From positions 336-64,335 of the forward strand of contig CAYYJX010000003.1 in assembly GCA_964471545.1 (NCBI GenBank): a DNA stretch of 64,000 nucleotides, written 5' to 3'. Shown here one piece after another: positions 41,432 through 51,321 of the stretch (position 1 is its first letter; every line of letters starts with the position of its first letter). Origin of the DNA: an uncultured Fimbriimonas sp. (GTDB lineage Bacteria; Armatimonadota; Fimbriimonadia; Fimbriimonadales; Fimbriimonadaceae). The notes beneath the pieces are model-generated. The model saw nothing but the letters and a program-made list of their open reading frames with translations, was not told where the DNA came from and ran no database searches. Both the position numbers and the translations under genes were made by a program.

Positions 41432-42412
41432 ATGAACTATCGCAAGCTCGGAAAATCGAATCTGGAAGTTTCAGAAATCAGCTTTGGCTGCTGGACCATG
41501 GGTGGCCTGAACTGGGTCAATGGTGTTCCGAACGGCTGGGCGAATGTGGACGAAGATGAAGTGACCGAGGCGATCAAGATCGCCATCGATGCGGGCGTGA
41601 ATCACTTTGACAACGCGGACGTCTACGGAAACGGAAAGGCCGAGCAAATGCTCGCTCGAGTCTTTGACCGACTCGGGGTGAAATCCACCGACTACGTGGT
41701 TGCCACCAAAATTGGGCACTTCCCCGGCACGGCGGCTCACGCCTATGAGCCCGCTCACATTCGCCACCAGTGCGAGCAGTCGTTGATCAACCTCAAGCGC
41801 GATTACATCGACGTTTACTACTTCCACCACGGCAACTTCGGCCCGAACGACTTCTATCTGGACGATGCGGTCGAGGTGATGAACCGACTGGTCGAGGAAG
41901 GCAAAGTCCGAGTGAAGGGACAAAGCGCGTACAGCGCCGACGATTTTGAGCGTGTCGTGCCCAAGGTCGACCCGGCGGTTCTTCAGAGCTGGGGTCACGC
42001 CATGGACGATCAGTTCATGCGTCCAGGGTCTCGAGTCGCAAACCTCATGGAGGCTCGGGGAATGAGCTTCGTGGCGTTCAGCCCGCTTGCACAAGGGCTA
42101 CTTCTCGATAAGTACAACCCGGAGAACCCGCCTGCCTTCGAAGCAGGCGATAACCGACAAGGCAAAGCCGGATTCTCGGCAGAGTCGATTTCGAAGCTCA
42201 AGCCCAAGCTAGAGAAGCTCAAGGCTCGGTTTGGCGGAACCACCGAGGATCTTGCCGCCGTCGCTCTGAACTATGTGTTGGCCATGCCGAATGTTGCGTG
42301 CGCGATTCCGGGCTTCCGAAACCCGCGACAAGCCAAGTGCAACATCCAAGCAGCTGGCAGGTACCTGAGCGCAGAGGACGTAAAGTTCGTTCAAGAAGCC
42401 CTTCAAGGTTAA
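41432..42412 (+). CDS. Aldo/keto reductase
   Basis: HFDNADVYG, VATK, DYIDVYYFH, FSPLAQG, AIPG. Confidence 0.92.
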   Translation: MNYRKLGKSNLEVSEISFGCWTMGGLNWVNGVPNGWANVDEDEVTEAIKIAIDAGVNHFDNADVYGNGKAEQMLARVFDRLGVKSTDYVVATKIGHFPGTAAHAYEPAHIRHQCEQSLINLKRDYIDVYYFHHGNFGPNDFYLDDAVEVMNRLVEEGKVRVKGQSAYSADDFERVVPKVDPAVLQSWGHAMDDQFMRPGSRVANLMEARGMSFVAFSPLAQGLLLDKYNPENPPAFEAGDNRQGKAGFSAESISKLKPKLEKLKARFGGTTEDLAAVALNYVLAMPNVACAIPGFRNPRQAKCNIQAAGRYLSAEDVKFVQEALQG

Positions 42413-42421
42413 GCTCCGTTA

Positions 42422-42455
42422 AGGTCCTTTGGGCAATATTGTGCCCAAAGGACCT
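42422..42455. terminator. Hairpin after the second AKR gene
   Basis: AGGTCCTTTGGGCA-ATATTG-TGCCCAAAGGACCT, perfect 14-bp arms. Confidence 0.7.
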
Positions 42456-42518
42456 AGTTTTCAAATTGAAACTGTTTTGTGGAAACCACTCCTCAAGGCG
42501 TGAAGTAATACTCTCACG

Positions 42519-42968
42519 ATGAGTCGTGGAAAGGAATCCTTGTTCGGTGCGATTGCGCAGGTAAACGACGTGATCTCCACTCATGTCCGGTTGCGATTGG
42601 ACCTGATCGGCGTGAGTTCCGCGACCTTTGATCTCCTAAGCGCTATTCACGCCGCCGATGGTCGTGAGACCCAAGCACAGATCGGTCAGCGCCTTGGACT
42701 CAGCCGGGCAACCATCTCCGAGGCAATCACAGTTGCGGAGAAATCGGGCTACGTCGAGAGAGTGGCCTCCTCCACCGATCGCCGAGCAAACACGGTTCGA
42801 CTTTCGGCAGCAGGTCACCGCATCATTCAAGACGTCATGTCTGGGCTTTCCGAACTTGAAGAGGCCGTTGTCGCCAAGCTAAGGTCCAAAGAAGCCTCGA
42901 CTACAGTGGACAGCCTTCGTAAGCTCACCACCGAGATTGAGCGGTTTGCAGGCGCAGGAAAAAATTAA
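42519..42968 (+). CDS. MarR family transcriptional regulator
   Basis: ETQAQIGQRLGLSRATISEAI HTH; DRRANTVRLS wing. Confidence 0.88.
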   Translation: MSRGKESLFGAIAQVNDVISTHVRLRLDLIGVSSATFDLLSAIHAADGRETQAQIGQRLGLSRATISEAITVAEKSGYVERVASSTDRRANTVRLSAAGHRIIQDVMSGLSELEEAVVAKLRSKEASTTVDSLRKLTTEIERFAGAGKN

Positions 42969-43058
42969 TCGATAAAAATCTGCGCCTAATCGCGCAAATT
43001 CTGCGTCCCTACGATAACACCTAGTCCGTTAGACTAACGGCATGGTCGCCAAGGAAAG

Positions 43059-43469
43059 GTGAAGGGTGTGCTAAGGATAGTCGGAGTTCAAAAATCTTCC
43101 CAACCAAACCGAGAGTTTGTTCTGCTTCAGAACCACGGTCACCTTCGCGTGAACCTGCGCGGCTACGGGCTGATCGCCGAGTCTGCGATTGAAGGACATA
43201 CCCCTGCCGCCTTCCACATCTTCCAAGAGGAAGAGTCGATCCACGCGTCCACTTACGTGATGCTCATCAGCGGTTCAGGAGTTTCTCAGTGGGGCAGGTC
43301 CAAAGACGGCTCGCTGGTGTTCTACTGCTACATGAACCGTGCAGTCTCCGCTTGGAACGATTCTGAAGGGCCTATCTCCGTACTGGCGCCGCAACACCGG
43401 TACTGCCCTCGAGCGCAAGAATCCGCCCCCGCGACCTACGGCAACTCGTCGGTAGCGAAGGTCCTTTAG
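43059..43469 (+). CDS. Hypothetical protein, lamin-tail-domain-like
   Basis: EFVLLQNHG..RVNLRGY resembles the LTD E-x-V-x-L-x-N...L-x-G-(W/Y) pattern. Confidence 0.5.
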   Translation: MKGVLRIVGVQKSSQPNREFVLLQNHGHLRVNLRGYGLIAESAIEGHTPAAFHIFQEEESIHASTYVMLISGSGVSQWGRSKDGSLVFYCYMNRAVSAWNDSEGPISVLAPQHRYCPRAQESAPATYGNSSVAKVL

Positions 43470-44056
43470 ACGTTCACTTTGTTCAGGGCGGCTTCTAGTC
43501 CGTCCTGAACAAGAACCTCAATCCCATCCGCGCCCTTCCGGATCGCCTTTTCAATCTCGACCCGCTCTTCGGGCGTGAACTTCCCAAGAACGTGGTCGAT
43601 GGTCTCGTCGTCGCCCTTTCCAATGCCGATTTTGAGTCTCGGATACTCCTGGGTGCCTAACGAGTGAATGAGGCTTTTATGGCCGTTATGGCCTCCGGCG
43701 CCTCCCTTTGGCTTCAACCGCGTTCGCCCAACTTCTAGATCCAAATCGTCGGCGATCACAACAATCTTTTCTGGCTTCACTCCGTACGACTTGGCCAATG
43801 GAGCGACCGATTGCCCACTCAGGTTCATGTAGGTCATCGGCTTCACCAGGGCTACGCCGATGCCACCGATGGTGCCAACTCCGAACCTAGCCTTGTGCTG
43901 CGCGGTGCCTAGCTTGATGCCATGGCGATCGGCTAATTCGTCGATGAGATCGAAGCCGACGTTGTGTCTGGTCCGGGCGTACTCGGGACCGGGGTTGCCG
44001 AGGCCAACCACCAGCCATTCCACCTGCACGACGGGCTTACTTTGTCTGCGAAACAT
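43466..44056 (-). CDS. pth: Peptidyl-tRNA hydrolase
   Basis: VVGLGNPGPEYARTRHNVGF, TYMNLSG, DDLDL, GGHNGHKS, RLKIGIG. Confidence 0.96.
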   Translation of the reverse strand: MFRRQSKPVVQVEWLVVGLGNPGPEYARTRHNVGFDLIDELADRHGIKLGTAQHKARFGVGTIGGIGVALVKPMTYMNLSGQSVAPLAKSYGVKPEKIVVIADDLDLEVGRTRLKPKGGAGGHNGHKSLIHSLGTQEYPRLKIGIGKGDDETIDHVLGKFTPEERVEIEKAIRKGADGIEVLVQDGLEAALNKVNV

Positions 44057-44900
44057 TTGCCTCTTCGGGTGCGATGCCCGCGTTCGGATCGAGTTTGCCC
44101 GTTGCGCAGAGTGCGATGAGCACCACGCCGAGCAACACGCGATAGCCAATAAACACGCCGATGCCTCGTTGCTGAATGAATCCGAGCAACCACTTAATCG
44201 CGGCCCAACCAACCACAAAGCTCACGACCGTTGCGACCAGGATGGGCGTTTGGAGCGGGCCGGTGAGAAACTCTCGCTCCTTGACCGCTTCGTAAATCCC
44301 TGCCGCCGTGATGGAAGGAACCGACATGAGGAACGAGAAACGAGCCGCCGCTTTTCGATCGAATCCGGCGAAGTACGCGCCCGTAATGGTCGACCCGCTT
44401 CGGCTCATTCCCGGGATCAGAGCGATGCACTGCCAAAGCCCAACGATGAGACCGTCTTTGATCGTCACCGCTTCGATTTCTCGGGACTTCTTGCCGTACT
44501 TCTCAGCCACACCCATCAGAACACCCATGAAAATGAGCGAACCGGAGATGACATAGAGCGACCGGAAAACGGTCTCGATCTGCTTGTGAAGCAACAGGCC
44601 AACCACCACGATTGGAATCGTCGCAATAAAGACACCCCAACCAACCTTGGCGTCGTAGCTACTCACGTCCCGGGTTGAGAGAGACTTGCCCCACGCAAGG
44701 AAGGCTCTCCAGAGATCGCCCCCGAATACGACCAACATCGCCAAGACAGTACCGATCTGAATGATCGCGGTAAACGCGGCTCCCGGGTCTTCCCATCCGA
44801 GCAGAGCGGGCACGACACGCAAGTGAGCCGTGCTGCTGATCGGAAGAAATTCTGTGATGCCTTGAACGACGCCGTAAACGATGGCTTGAAGGATGGTCAT
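44037..44900 (-). CDS. uppP: Undecaprenyl-diphosphate phosphatase
   Basis: QGITEFLPISSTAHL, ALIPGMSRSGSTI, AARFSFLMSVP. Confidence 0.96.
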   Translation of the reverse strand: MTILQAIVYGVVQGITEFLPISSTAHLRVVPALLGWEDPGAAFTAIIQIGTVLAMLVVFGGDLWRAFLAWGKSLSTRDVSSYDAKVGWGVFIATIPIVVVGLLLHKQIETVFRSLYVISGSLIFMGVLMGVAEKYGKKSREIEAVTIKDGLIVGLWQCIALIPGMSRSGSTITGAYFAGFDRKAAARFSFLMSVPSITAAGIYEAVKEREFLTGPLQTPILVATVVSFVVGWAAIKWLLGFIQQRGIGVFIGYRVLLGVVLIALCATGKLDPNAGIAPEEANVSQTK

Positions 44901-44918
44901 GATGATTGAGAGGCAGGT

Positions 44919-46010
44919 CTATTGCCCGAAGACCTTGATGATCGCCAGACCAATCGCGCTCAGAGCGGCGGCGGCAATGTACAGAATCCAGACGGTTTGT
45001 CTTTGGGTGAACCCCTTCCCAAGGAGAGTGTGGTGAAGGTGTCGCTTATCCGGCGCAGTAATCGGCGAGCCACTCAGGATGCGTCGGCAGATCACCCAGA
45101 ACGCGTCCAGGATTGGAAGCGCGAACACGAGCATCGGCATGAAGATCGAAACCGCAGCGGCTGTTTTGACCTTACCAACCACCGAGAGCGAGGCCAAGAA
45201 GAATCCAAGGATGTAGGCACCGCCTGTCCCCATGAAGATCTTCGCAGGGTTGTAGTTGTGCCGAAGGAATCCGAGCGCGGCTCCACCTGTTGCGGCCGTG
45301 ATCAATGCCACTCTCGGCTGTCCCTCGTAGACCGCGATCATCGTCAACGTGATGGCGGCGATGGTAGCCACGCCCGCGCAGAGACCGTCGATGCCGTCGA
45401 TGGTATCCATCGTCTTCGTCACTACAAAGATGTAGATGGCAGTGATGATCACTGCGGCGATCGGCGGAAACACCACATAGTGCTGCCCATTTGTAAACGG
45501 CATGAGGAAGCCGGCAATCTGCACCCGAGCCTTCGTGTCCGTGTAAAAGAACTGAATGAGGACGCCCGCCCCCAGCAGGATGAGAAGTTGAACCTTCGCC
45601 GCGTATTGGTACAGATCGTCAAGCGCCCCCGCGACCACCAATAACCCGCCGACCACGAGCAGACCCCATACGTACGGCGGGAAGCCTTGTTGGGCAAACG
45701 GGAGGACCGCAAGAACCGCTATGACAATGCCGCCAAAAATCGCCAAGCCTCCCCAACGGGGAATCGGCTCGGAGTGGACGCGGCGATCGTCACGCTTGGG
45801 GTCATCGACGACTCCCTTTTCAATGGCGATTTTTCTAACGAGCGGCGTCAGGGTGTAACTGACCACCAGCGCGATCAGGCCGGCCAAAAGCGGATAACGA
45901 AAGCCTTTTAGAAGACCATCGGTGGCAGCGTAGGCAGACTCGAAGAGCCCGTACGCCCGGGATGGAATCGATGTCCAATCCATCCACTTCATAAATACCG
46001 CTAAATCCAT
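44919..46010 (-). CDS. Undecaprenyl-phosphate GlcNAc-1-P transferase (MraY/WecA/TagO family)
   Basis: HSEPIPRWGG, GALDD, DGIDGL, YNPAKIFMG, PDKRHLHH. Confidence 0.92.
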   Translation of the reverse strand: MDLAVFMKWMDWTSIPSRAYGLFESAYAATDGLLKGFRYPLLAGLIALVVSYTLTPLVRKIAIEKGVVDDPKRDDRRVHSEPIPRWGGLAIFGGIVIAVLAVLPFAQQGFPPYVWGLLVVGGLLVVAGALDDLYQYAAKVQLLILLGAGVLIQFFYTDTKARVQIAGFLMPFTNGQHYVVFPPIAAVIITAIYIFVVTKTMDTIDGIDGLCAGVATIAAITLTMIAVYEGQPRVALITAATGGAALGFLRHNYNPAKIFMGTGGAYILGFFLASLSVVGKVKTAAAVSIFMPMLVFALPILDAFWVICRRILSGSPITAPDKRHLHHTLLGKGFTQRQTVWILYIAAAALSAIGLAIIKVFGQ

Positions 46011-46039
46011 GGCTTCGATTTCCTGCCGCCGAGAGGTCC

Positions 46040-46549
46040 CTAAAGACCGAGATCCACCGGAATCAACTCGCCGTCAACGTAACGCATCACATCCATGTGC
46101 GCCTCTCTGAACAATTCTAGCGAAAATGGGTCCGGATAATCCCCTTCATAAATGACGCGCACGATGCCCGCATTGATGATCATTTTTGCGCAGGTGTTGC
46201 AAGGTTGGCACGTGACGTAGATCGTTGCCCCATCACAAGGCGTCCCAATCATCGCCGCTTGAAGCAGCGCGTTCTGCTCGGCATGGAGAGCACGGATGCA
46301 GTGCCCTGCCTTCAAACAGCCTTCCGGCCAATCCCGCTCGTGTCCGTGGTCTGGACAGTGAGAGATTCCGCGAGGGGCACCGTTGTAGCCCGTGGCGAGG
46401 ATCCTACGATCACGGACGAGCACCGCTCCAACCGACCGGCGAGGACACGTCGCACGGGTGGCAACCAGATGGGCGATCTGCATGAAATAGGCGTCCCACG
46501 AAGGGCGGTTATCGGAGACCGCAGGGCTCGTCGGCAGATCGATGGACAT
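46040..46549 (-). CDS. dCMP deaminase (ComEB family)
   Basis: RPSWDAYF, RATC, TGYNG, HAEQNA, PCNTC. Confidence 0.93.
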   Translation of the reverse strand: MSIDLPTSPAVSDNRPSWDAYFMQIAHLVATRATCPRRSVGAVLVRDRRILATGYNGAPRGISHCPDHGHERDWPEGCLKAGHCIRALHAEQNALLQAAMIGTPCDGATIYVTCQPCNTCAKMIINAGIVRVIYEGDYPDPFSLELFREAHMDVMRYVDGELIPVDLGL

Positions 46550-46623
46550 TACAAAAAATTATGAACTGCAAAAAAACCAGTCACCGAAACAAAAAGTTCT
46601 GCGTAGAATATCAATGTCGGCTT

Positions 46624-46637
46624 GCGAAACGTTTCGC
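46624..46637. promoter_or_regulatory. Perfect palindrome resembling a LacI-family operator
   Basis: GCGAAACGTTTCGC (14 bp, central AAACGTTT) in the divergent intergenic region. Confidence 0.55.
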
Positions 46638-46786
46638 GAACCGATTCTGATCGAAGGCGACCAGCTAAAAATGCGATTTTCCTGCATTTTCGCGCGAATA
46701 TCGATGTCTCAGAATCCGGAAGTTGCAATAAGACTTCCAGTTCTCAGCGGGTTGAGATCGCCAAGCCCAATGGAGGGCGACCTTCC

Positions 46787-47623
46787 ATGAAAAGAAATTC
46801 TGCGTTCACACTCATCGAACTTCTCGTAGTCATCGCGATCATCGCGATTTTGGCGGCGATTCTCTTCCCCGTCTTCGCTCAGGCCAAGGCCGCTGCAAAG
46901 CACGCAAAGACGGTTTCCAACGTCAAGCAACTCGGCACCACCTTTGCCCTTTACATGGCAGATTCGGACGACGTCTATCCTCGACGAACGACCGTCAACT
47001 GGAACGGCTGGGCGACCGGCGAGTGCAACGGCACGTTTGGCTGCGAGAGCTGGGACAAGTTGATTCTTCCGTACATGAAGAACGTCGACATCTTCGCGTC
47101 GGATATCGACCGATCGCCTTACGTTCCCTACTGGAACGGCAACATGCGCGGTCAAATCAAGCGCAGCTACGACGTCACTAAGTACCTCTTCCCCACCCAC
47201 GGCGGCATGGGTTGGATGCCGAACGGATCGTTCGCAATCGCGCCGATCAACGGCACGGCGGTTCCGGCTCCGGCAAGCACCATCATGATCACCGAGAAGC
47301 GAAACTGGGCGCAAACCTGTTCGCCTTGGTGGGAGTTCAGCTCCTACTGGGAGTGCTGGAACTGGGGCACCGGAACGGCTAACACCGAGTCCAATACCCC
47401 GGCCGATTACTACGCGGGTATCGACTACTCCAACGCGAACAAGGCCGCATTCACCTTTGCCGACGGCCACGTGACTTCGCGACCTCGCGGATTTCTCTTC
47501 CCGGGTCACGATCGACGCCTGACCGCGGGCGCACCGCTCAACTCGGCACCGGGTGCATCGTGCACCGATGCGGACGAGTGGAATGCCGCTGGAAACGTTC
47601 GCTGCGCGTTCCCTGAGTTCTAA
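46787..47623 (+). CDS. Prepilin-type N-terminal cleavage/methylation protein (DUF1559-like) 3
   Basis: [30 protein letters not shown]...SNVKQLG; C-terminal ANKAAFTFADGHV (H-X9-DG-type motif region). ATG 46787 follows GGAGG. Confidence 0.9.
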   Translation: MKRNSAFTLIELLVVIAIIAILAAILFPVFAQAKAAAKHAKTVSNVKQLGTTFALYMADSDDVYPRRTTVNWNGWATGECNGTFGCESWDKLILPYMKNVDIFASDIDRSPYVPYWNGNMRGQIKRSYDVTKYLFPTHGGMGWMPNGSFAIAPINGTAVPAPASTIMITEKRNWAQTCSPWWEFSSYWECWNWGTGTANTESNTPADYYAGIDYSNANKAAFTFADGHVTSRPRGFLFPGHDRRLTAGAPLNSAPGASCTDADEWNAAGNVRCAFPEF

Positions 47624-47680
47624 GGTCGCTCCCTTTGCCGCCCGGGATTTCCCCCGGGCGGTTTGTCCATTTAAGAGCCA

Positions 47681-47953
47681 ATGAAAAAACAACTGCCAAC
47701 TCCAGTCGTCGTGGGTGTCGCCGCTGTCGCGATCGCCATCGTGATCGGTCTATTCGTCAAGGGCACATCCGGACCACCTCCCATCCCTGCTCCGAAGCGT
47801 GCGCCGAACTACCAAGAGGGCATTCCCGACTATGTGAAGAACGCGGGCAAGCCGGGCAATAAGCCGGCTGGCGGCCCTCAGCCCGGAGAGATTCCAACGG
47901 GCGCGGGCGGTTCCACCCCTCCGGGCGCACCTGCCATGCCGAGCAATCCTTAA
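47681..47953 (+). CDS. Small Pro-rich membrane-anchored partner of cassette 3 (90 aa)
   Basis: One N-terminal TM (VVVGVAAVAIAIVIGLFV) then a Pro/Gly-rich tail. Confidence 0.72.
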   Translation: MKKQLPTPVVVGVAAVAIAIVIGLFVKGTSGPPPIPAPKRAPNYQEGIPDYVKNAGKPGNKPAGGPQPGEIPTGAGGSTPPGAPAMPSNP

Positions 47954-48017
47954 TCCACGACTTGAAAGCCGATGAGGGGTTGACCTCCATCGGCTCCATC
48001 CCTGAATCTAAAGACTA

Positions 48018-49277
48018 ATGATCACCGCTCTCTCCCTTCTTGCCACGCTGCTCCCTGGCGCTGGGCCCATTCTTCAAGGAAATGCTCCCATCCCGGTCAA
48101 GGTGGTTCGAGCCGGCTCTCAATGGCAGTTGCTACGCGCGGGCAAGCCGTTCGAGATCAAAGGGGTCGGCGGAACGGGCCGAATGGATCTGCTGTTCGAG
48201 AACGGCGGAAACGCAATGCGCACCTGGGGCACCGACCGCGCCGCCTTTGAACTGGATGCGATTCACGCCCGTGGAGGTGCATTGATGCTGGGGATTTGGC
48301 TTGGGCACAAGAGCTACTTCGACTACGCCAACAAGGAGCAAACCGCCAAGCAAGCGGCGATGGTACGGGGCGAAGTTCAGAAGTTCAAGGATCACCCTGG
48401 CCTGTTAATGTGGGGCCTTGGCAACGAGATGGAGATCAACAACGATACTCCCGAGTTGTGGCAGCACATTGAAGAACTGTGCAAGATCGTGAAGTCGATC
48501 GATCCTAACCACCCAACAGTTACAGTGGTCGCCGACATCACCGATCAGAAGATTGCGAACATCAACAAATACTGCCCAAGCCTCGATATCCTTGGGATCA
48601 ACTCCTACGGTGGGCTGAACAGTCTTCCGGACCGTTTGAAGAAAGCGGGCTGGACGCGCCCGTACGTAATCACCGAGTTTGGTCCTACGGGTCCTTGGGA
48701 GAACCCCAAATCGGAGTGGAATGCGGCTCTAGAACCCACTTCCTCCGTGAAGGCTGCCAAGTATGCCGCCGACTACGACAAGTCGATTGCGGGTCAAAAG
48801 GGCTGGTGCCTTGGCTCGTTCGCTTTTCTTTGGGGTGATAAGCAAGAGGAAACGCCGACCTGGTTCGGAATGTTCTTGCCTACCGGAGAAAAAACCGAAG
48901 CGGTTGACGTGATTCGGCAGCGATGGACCGGAAAACCCAGCCCCAATCTGTCCCCACGGATCCTTTCCGAGAAGTGTTCGGTAAGCAGAAAAGATGCCGT
49001 TGCCGGCGCAACTGCCGACATCGAAGTTCAGGCGAGTGATCCAGAGGGCGACACGCTCCAGTACTGGTATGAACTCCGGTGGGAGACCGGGTACAAGACC
49101 TACGCAGGCGAAAATGAGCAGAAGCCCGATGTGGTTCCGGGATACGACTGGAAGATGCTCGGTCCGAAGACCTCGATGAAACTCCCGACCCGTCCTGGCG
49201 CTTACCGCATTTATCTGAGAGTCACCGACGGCAAAGGTTCAGCCGCAACGGTCAACTGGCCCTTCCGAATTCGATAG
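48018..49277 (+). CDS. Secreted GH2-like TIM-barrel glycoside hydrolase with a C-terminal Ig-like domain
   Basis: Signal peptide, GNAMRTW, GLGNE (acid/base), ITEFG (nucleophile), DPEGDTL...VTDG. Confidence 0.75.
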   Translation: MITALSLLATLLPGAGPILQGNAPIPVKVVRAGSQWQLLRAGKPFEIKGVGGTGRMDLLFENGGNAMRTWGTDRAAFELDAIHARGGALMLGIWLGHKSYFDYANKEQTAKQAAMVRGEVQKFKDHPGLLMWGLGNEMEINNDTPELWQHIEELCKIVKSIDPNHPTVTVVADITDQKIANINKYCPSLDILGINSYGGLNSLPDRLKKAGWTRPYVITEFGPTGPWENPKSEWNAALEPTSSVKAAKYAADYDKSIAGQKGWCLGSFAFLWGDKQEETPTWFGMFLPTGEKTEAVDVIRQRWTGKPSPNLSPRILSEKCSVSRKDAVAGATADIEVQASDPEGDTLQYWYELRWETGYKTYAGENEQKPDVVPGYDWKMLGPKTSMKLPTRPGAYRIYLRVTDGKGSAATVNWPFRIR

Positions 49278-49348
49278 TTCCTTCGCGAACCTGCCGACTT
49301 TCCCCCTTGGCAGGTTCGTAGAAACTCGGTGAGAGGTAACCTAAACGA

Positions 49349-49981
49349 GTGAGCGAACTGCTTCAAATTGGGAGTCCCAACGAGCGACCGCGGCCGCCTA
49401 AGGCAGACGAATTGAACCTGAAGTTCAGCGATCAAGCGGTGAAAGAGCTTGAGGGTCTGAAAACGCACTACCCAACCCTTAAGGCTTGTATTCTTCCCGC
49501 CCTTTGGATTGCCCAGCGCGAGTACGGCGGATTCCTTAGCGGCGAGGCCATTGCAGAAGTTGCTCACCGACTGAAGCGATCGTACGCCGAGGTAGAAGGC
49601 GTGGCGACGTTCTACACCATGTACAACTCGGTTCACAAACCGGGCAAGCACAAGATTGAGGTCTGCACCTGCCTTTCGTGCCACTTCAACGGCGCTTTCC
49701 GAGTGCGCGACTACGTGGTGAACAAGCTTGGCATTCGACACGGAGAAACCACCGAAGACGGCATGTTCATGCTTGAAGAAGTGGAGTGCTTGAACGCTTG
49801 CGATCGAGCCCCGGTGGTTCAGGTCGGCGACAAGTACCACGGACCCGTTGACGAGGCGTACATCGACAACCTCCTGAACGATCTTCGCAACCGCGAAGAG
49901 TCGACCGTTGTTCGCATGGCCGACCAGATTGTGCAGTGTCACCTAGAAACCTCCGAGCGAGTCGGACAGGTTCTCGACTAA
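49349..49981 (+). CDS. nuoE: NADH-quinone oxidoreductase subunit E
   Basis: EGVATFYTMY, CTCLSC, ECLNAC [2Fe-2S] ligands. Confidence 0.9.
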   Translation: MSELLQIGSPNERPRPPKADELNLKFSDQAVKELEGLKTHYPTLKACILPALWIAQREYGGFLSGEAIAEVAHRLKRSYAEVEGVATFYTMYNSVHKPGKHKIEVCTCLSCHFNGAFRVRDYVVNKLGIRHGETTEDGMFMLEEVECLNACDRAPVVQVGDKYHGPVDEAYIDNLLNDLRNREESTVVRMADQIVQCHLETSERVGQVLD

Positions 49982-49993
49982 TCCAAGACCAAC

Positions 49994-51298
49994 ATGGCGG
50001 AATACAAACTCCTTCTTAAGCATTCGGACAACCCCGACTTCAAGACGTTCAAGGGTTACGTTGCCAATGGCGGTTACGAGGGCCTGAAGAAAGCGGTTGG
50101 CATGGAGCGCCAGGCCGTCATCGACGAGGTCAAGGCTTCCGGACTGCGCGGTCGAGGCGGCGCGGGCTTCCCTTCTTGGATCAAGTGGAACGGTCTTCCC
50201 AAAGAAAAGAAGGTTCCTCACTACGTTCTGTGCAACGCAGACGAAGGCGAGCCGGGAACATTTAAGGACAAGCAGCTCATGGAGACCTGCCCGTTCCAGC
50301 TGATCGAGGGCATGACCATTGCAGGCTATGCCGTTCAAGCAGAGCGGGGCTTCATTTACATCCGTGGCGAGTTCATCGATGCTGCCAAGTCTCTGCGACG
50401 AGCCATCGACGAAGCCTACGCCAACGGTTACCTGGGCAAGAATGTGCTGGGCAAAGGGTTCGATTTCGATCTCCACCTCCACTTGGGCGCAGGTTCCTAT
50501 GAGTGCGGCGAAGAGTCGGCGCTCATGTCGAGTCTGATGGGCGAGCGCGGCATGCCGCGACTCAAGTTCCCTCACGCTCCGCTTCCGACCGTGAGCGGCG
50601 TTTGGGAGAAGCCAACCCTCATTAACAACGTTGAAACTTACTCTTGCGCGCCGCACATCGTGGCTCGCGGAGGCGAGTGGTACGCCTCGCTCGGCGCTTC
50701 CACCAAGAACAGCCGCGGTACCAAGATCTTCTCCGTTTCTGGACACGTCAACAACCCCGGCAACTTTGAGATCGAATTCGGCACCCCGCTCAAAGAGCTT
50801 CTCGAGATGGCGGGGGGCGTGAAGGGCGGAGCGCTCAAAGCGTGTATCCCCGGCGGATCGTCGATGCCGATCATCACCGCTGAAGAGGTGGATCGAGCCA
50901 TCATCGGCTACGAAGAGATGCAAGAGGTCAAGTCCATGGTCGGATCGGGCGGTTGCATGTTCTTCAACGAGCACACCGACATCGTTATGCTGGCATGGCG
51001 AACGGCCTTGTTCTATGCCAACGAGTCGTGCGGAAAGTGCACGCCGTGCCGTGAGGGCACGAAGTGGATGCTCCAGATTCTGGAGCGGATCATCGAAGGC
51101 AAGGGCAAGCCGGGCGACATCGATCTGTTGAAGGATGTTGCCGGACAAATCGAAGGTCGATCCTTCTGTGCTCTCGGAGACGCTGCTGCATGGCCCGTTC
51201 AAGGCATGATCCGCCAGTTCCGACACGAGTTCGAGTACTACATCGAACACGGCAAGAGCATGGTCACCAGCGAGCGCGCCATGGCGCTCCGACCGTAA
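49994..51298 (+). CDS. nuoF: NADH-quinone oxidoreductase subunit F
   Basis: SGLRGRGGAGFP, NADEGEPGTFKD, GAGSYECGEE, ESCGKCTPCREG, CALGD. Confidence 0.96.
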   Translation: MAEYKLLLKHSDNPDFKTFKGYVANGGYEGLKKAVGMERQAVIDEVKASGLRGRGGAGFPSWIKWNGLPKEKKVPHYVLCNADEGEPGTFKDKQLMETCPFQLIEGMTIAGYAVQAERGFIYIRGEFIDAAKSLRRAIDEAYANGYLGKNVLGKGFDFDLHLHLGAGSYECGEESALMSSLMGERGMPRLKFPHAPLPTVSGVWEKPTLINNVETYSCAPHIVARGGEWYASLGASTKNSRGTKIFSVSGHVNNPGNFEIEFGTPLKELLEMAGGVKGGALKACIPGGSSMPIITAEEVDRAIIGYEEMQEVKSMVGSGGCMFFNEHTDIVMLAWRTALFYANESCGKCTPCREGTKWMLQILERIIEGKGKPGDIDLLKDVAGQIEGRSFCALGDAAAWPVQGMIRQFRHEFEYYIEHGKSMVTSERAMALRP

Positions 51299-51321
51299 GG
51301 GGCAACGTCACATTCAATGGG

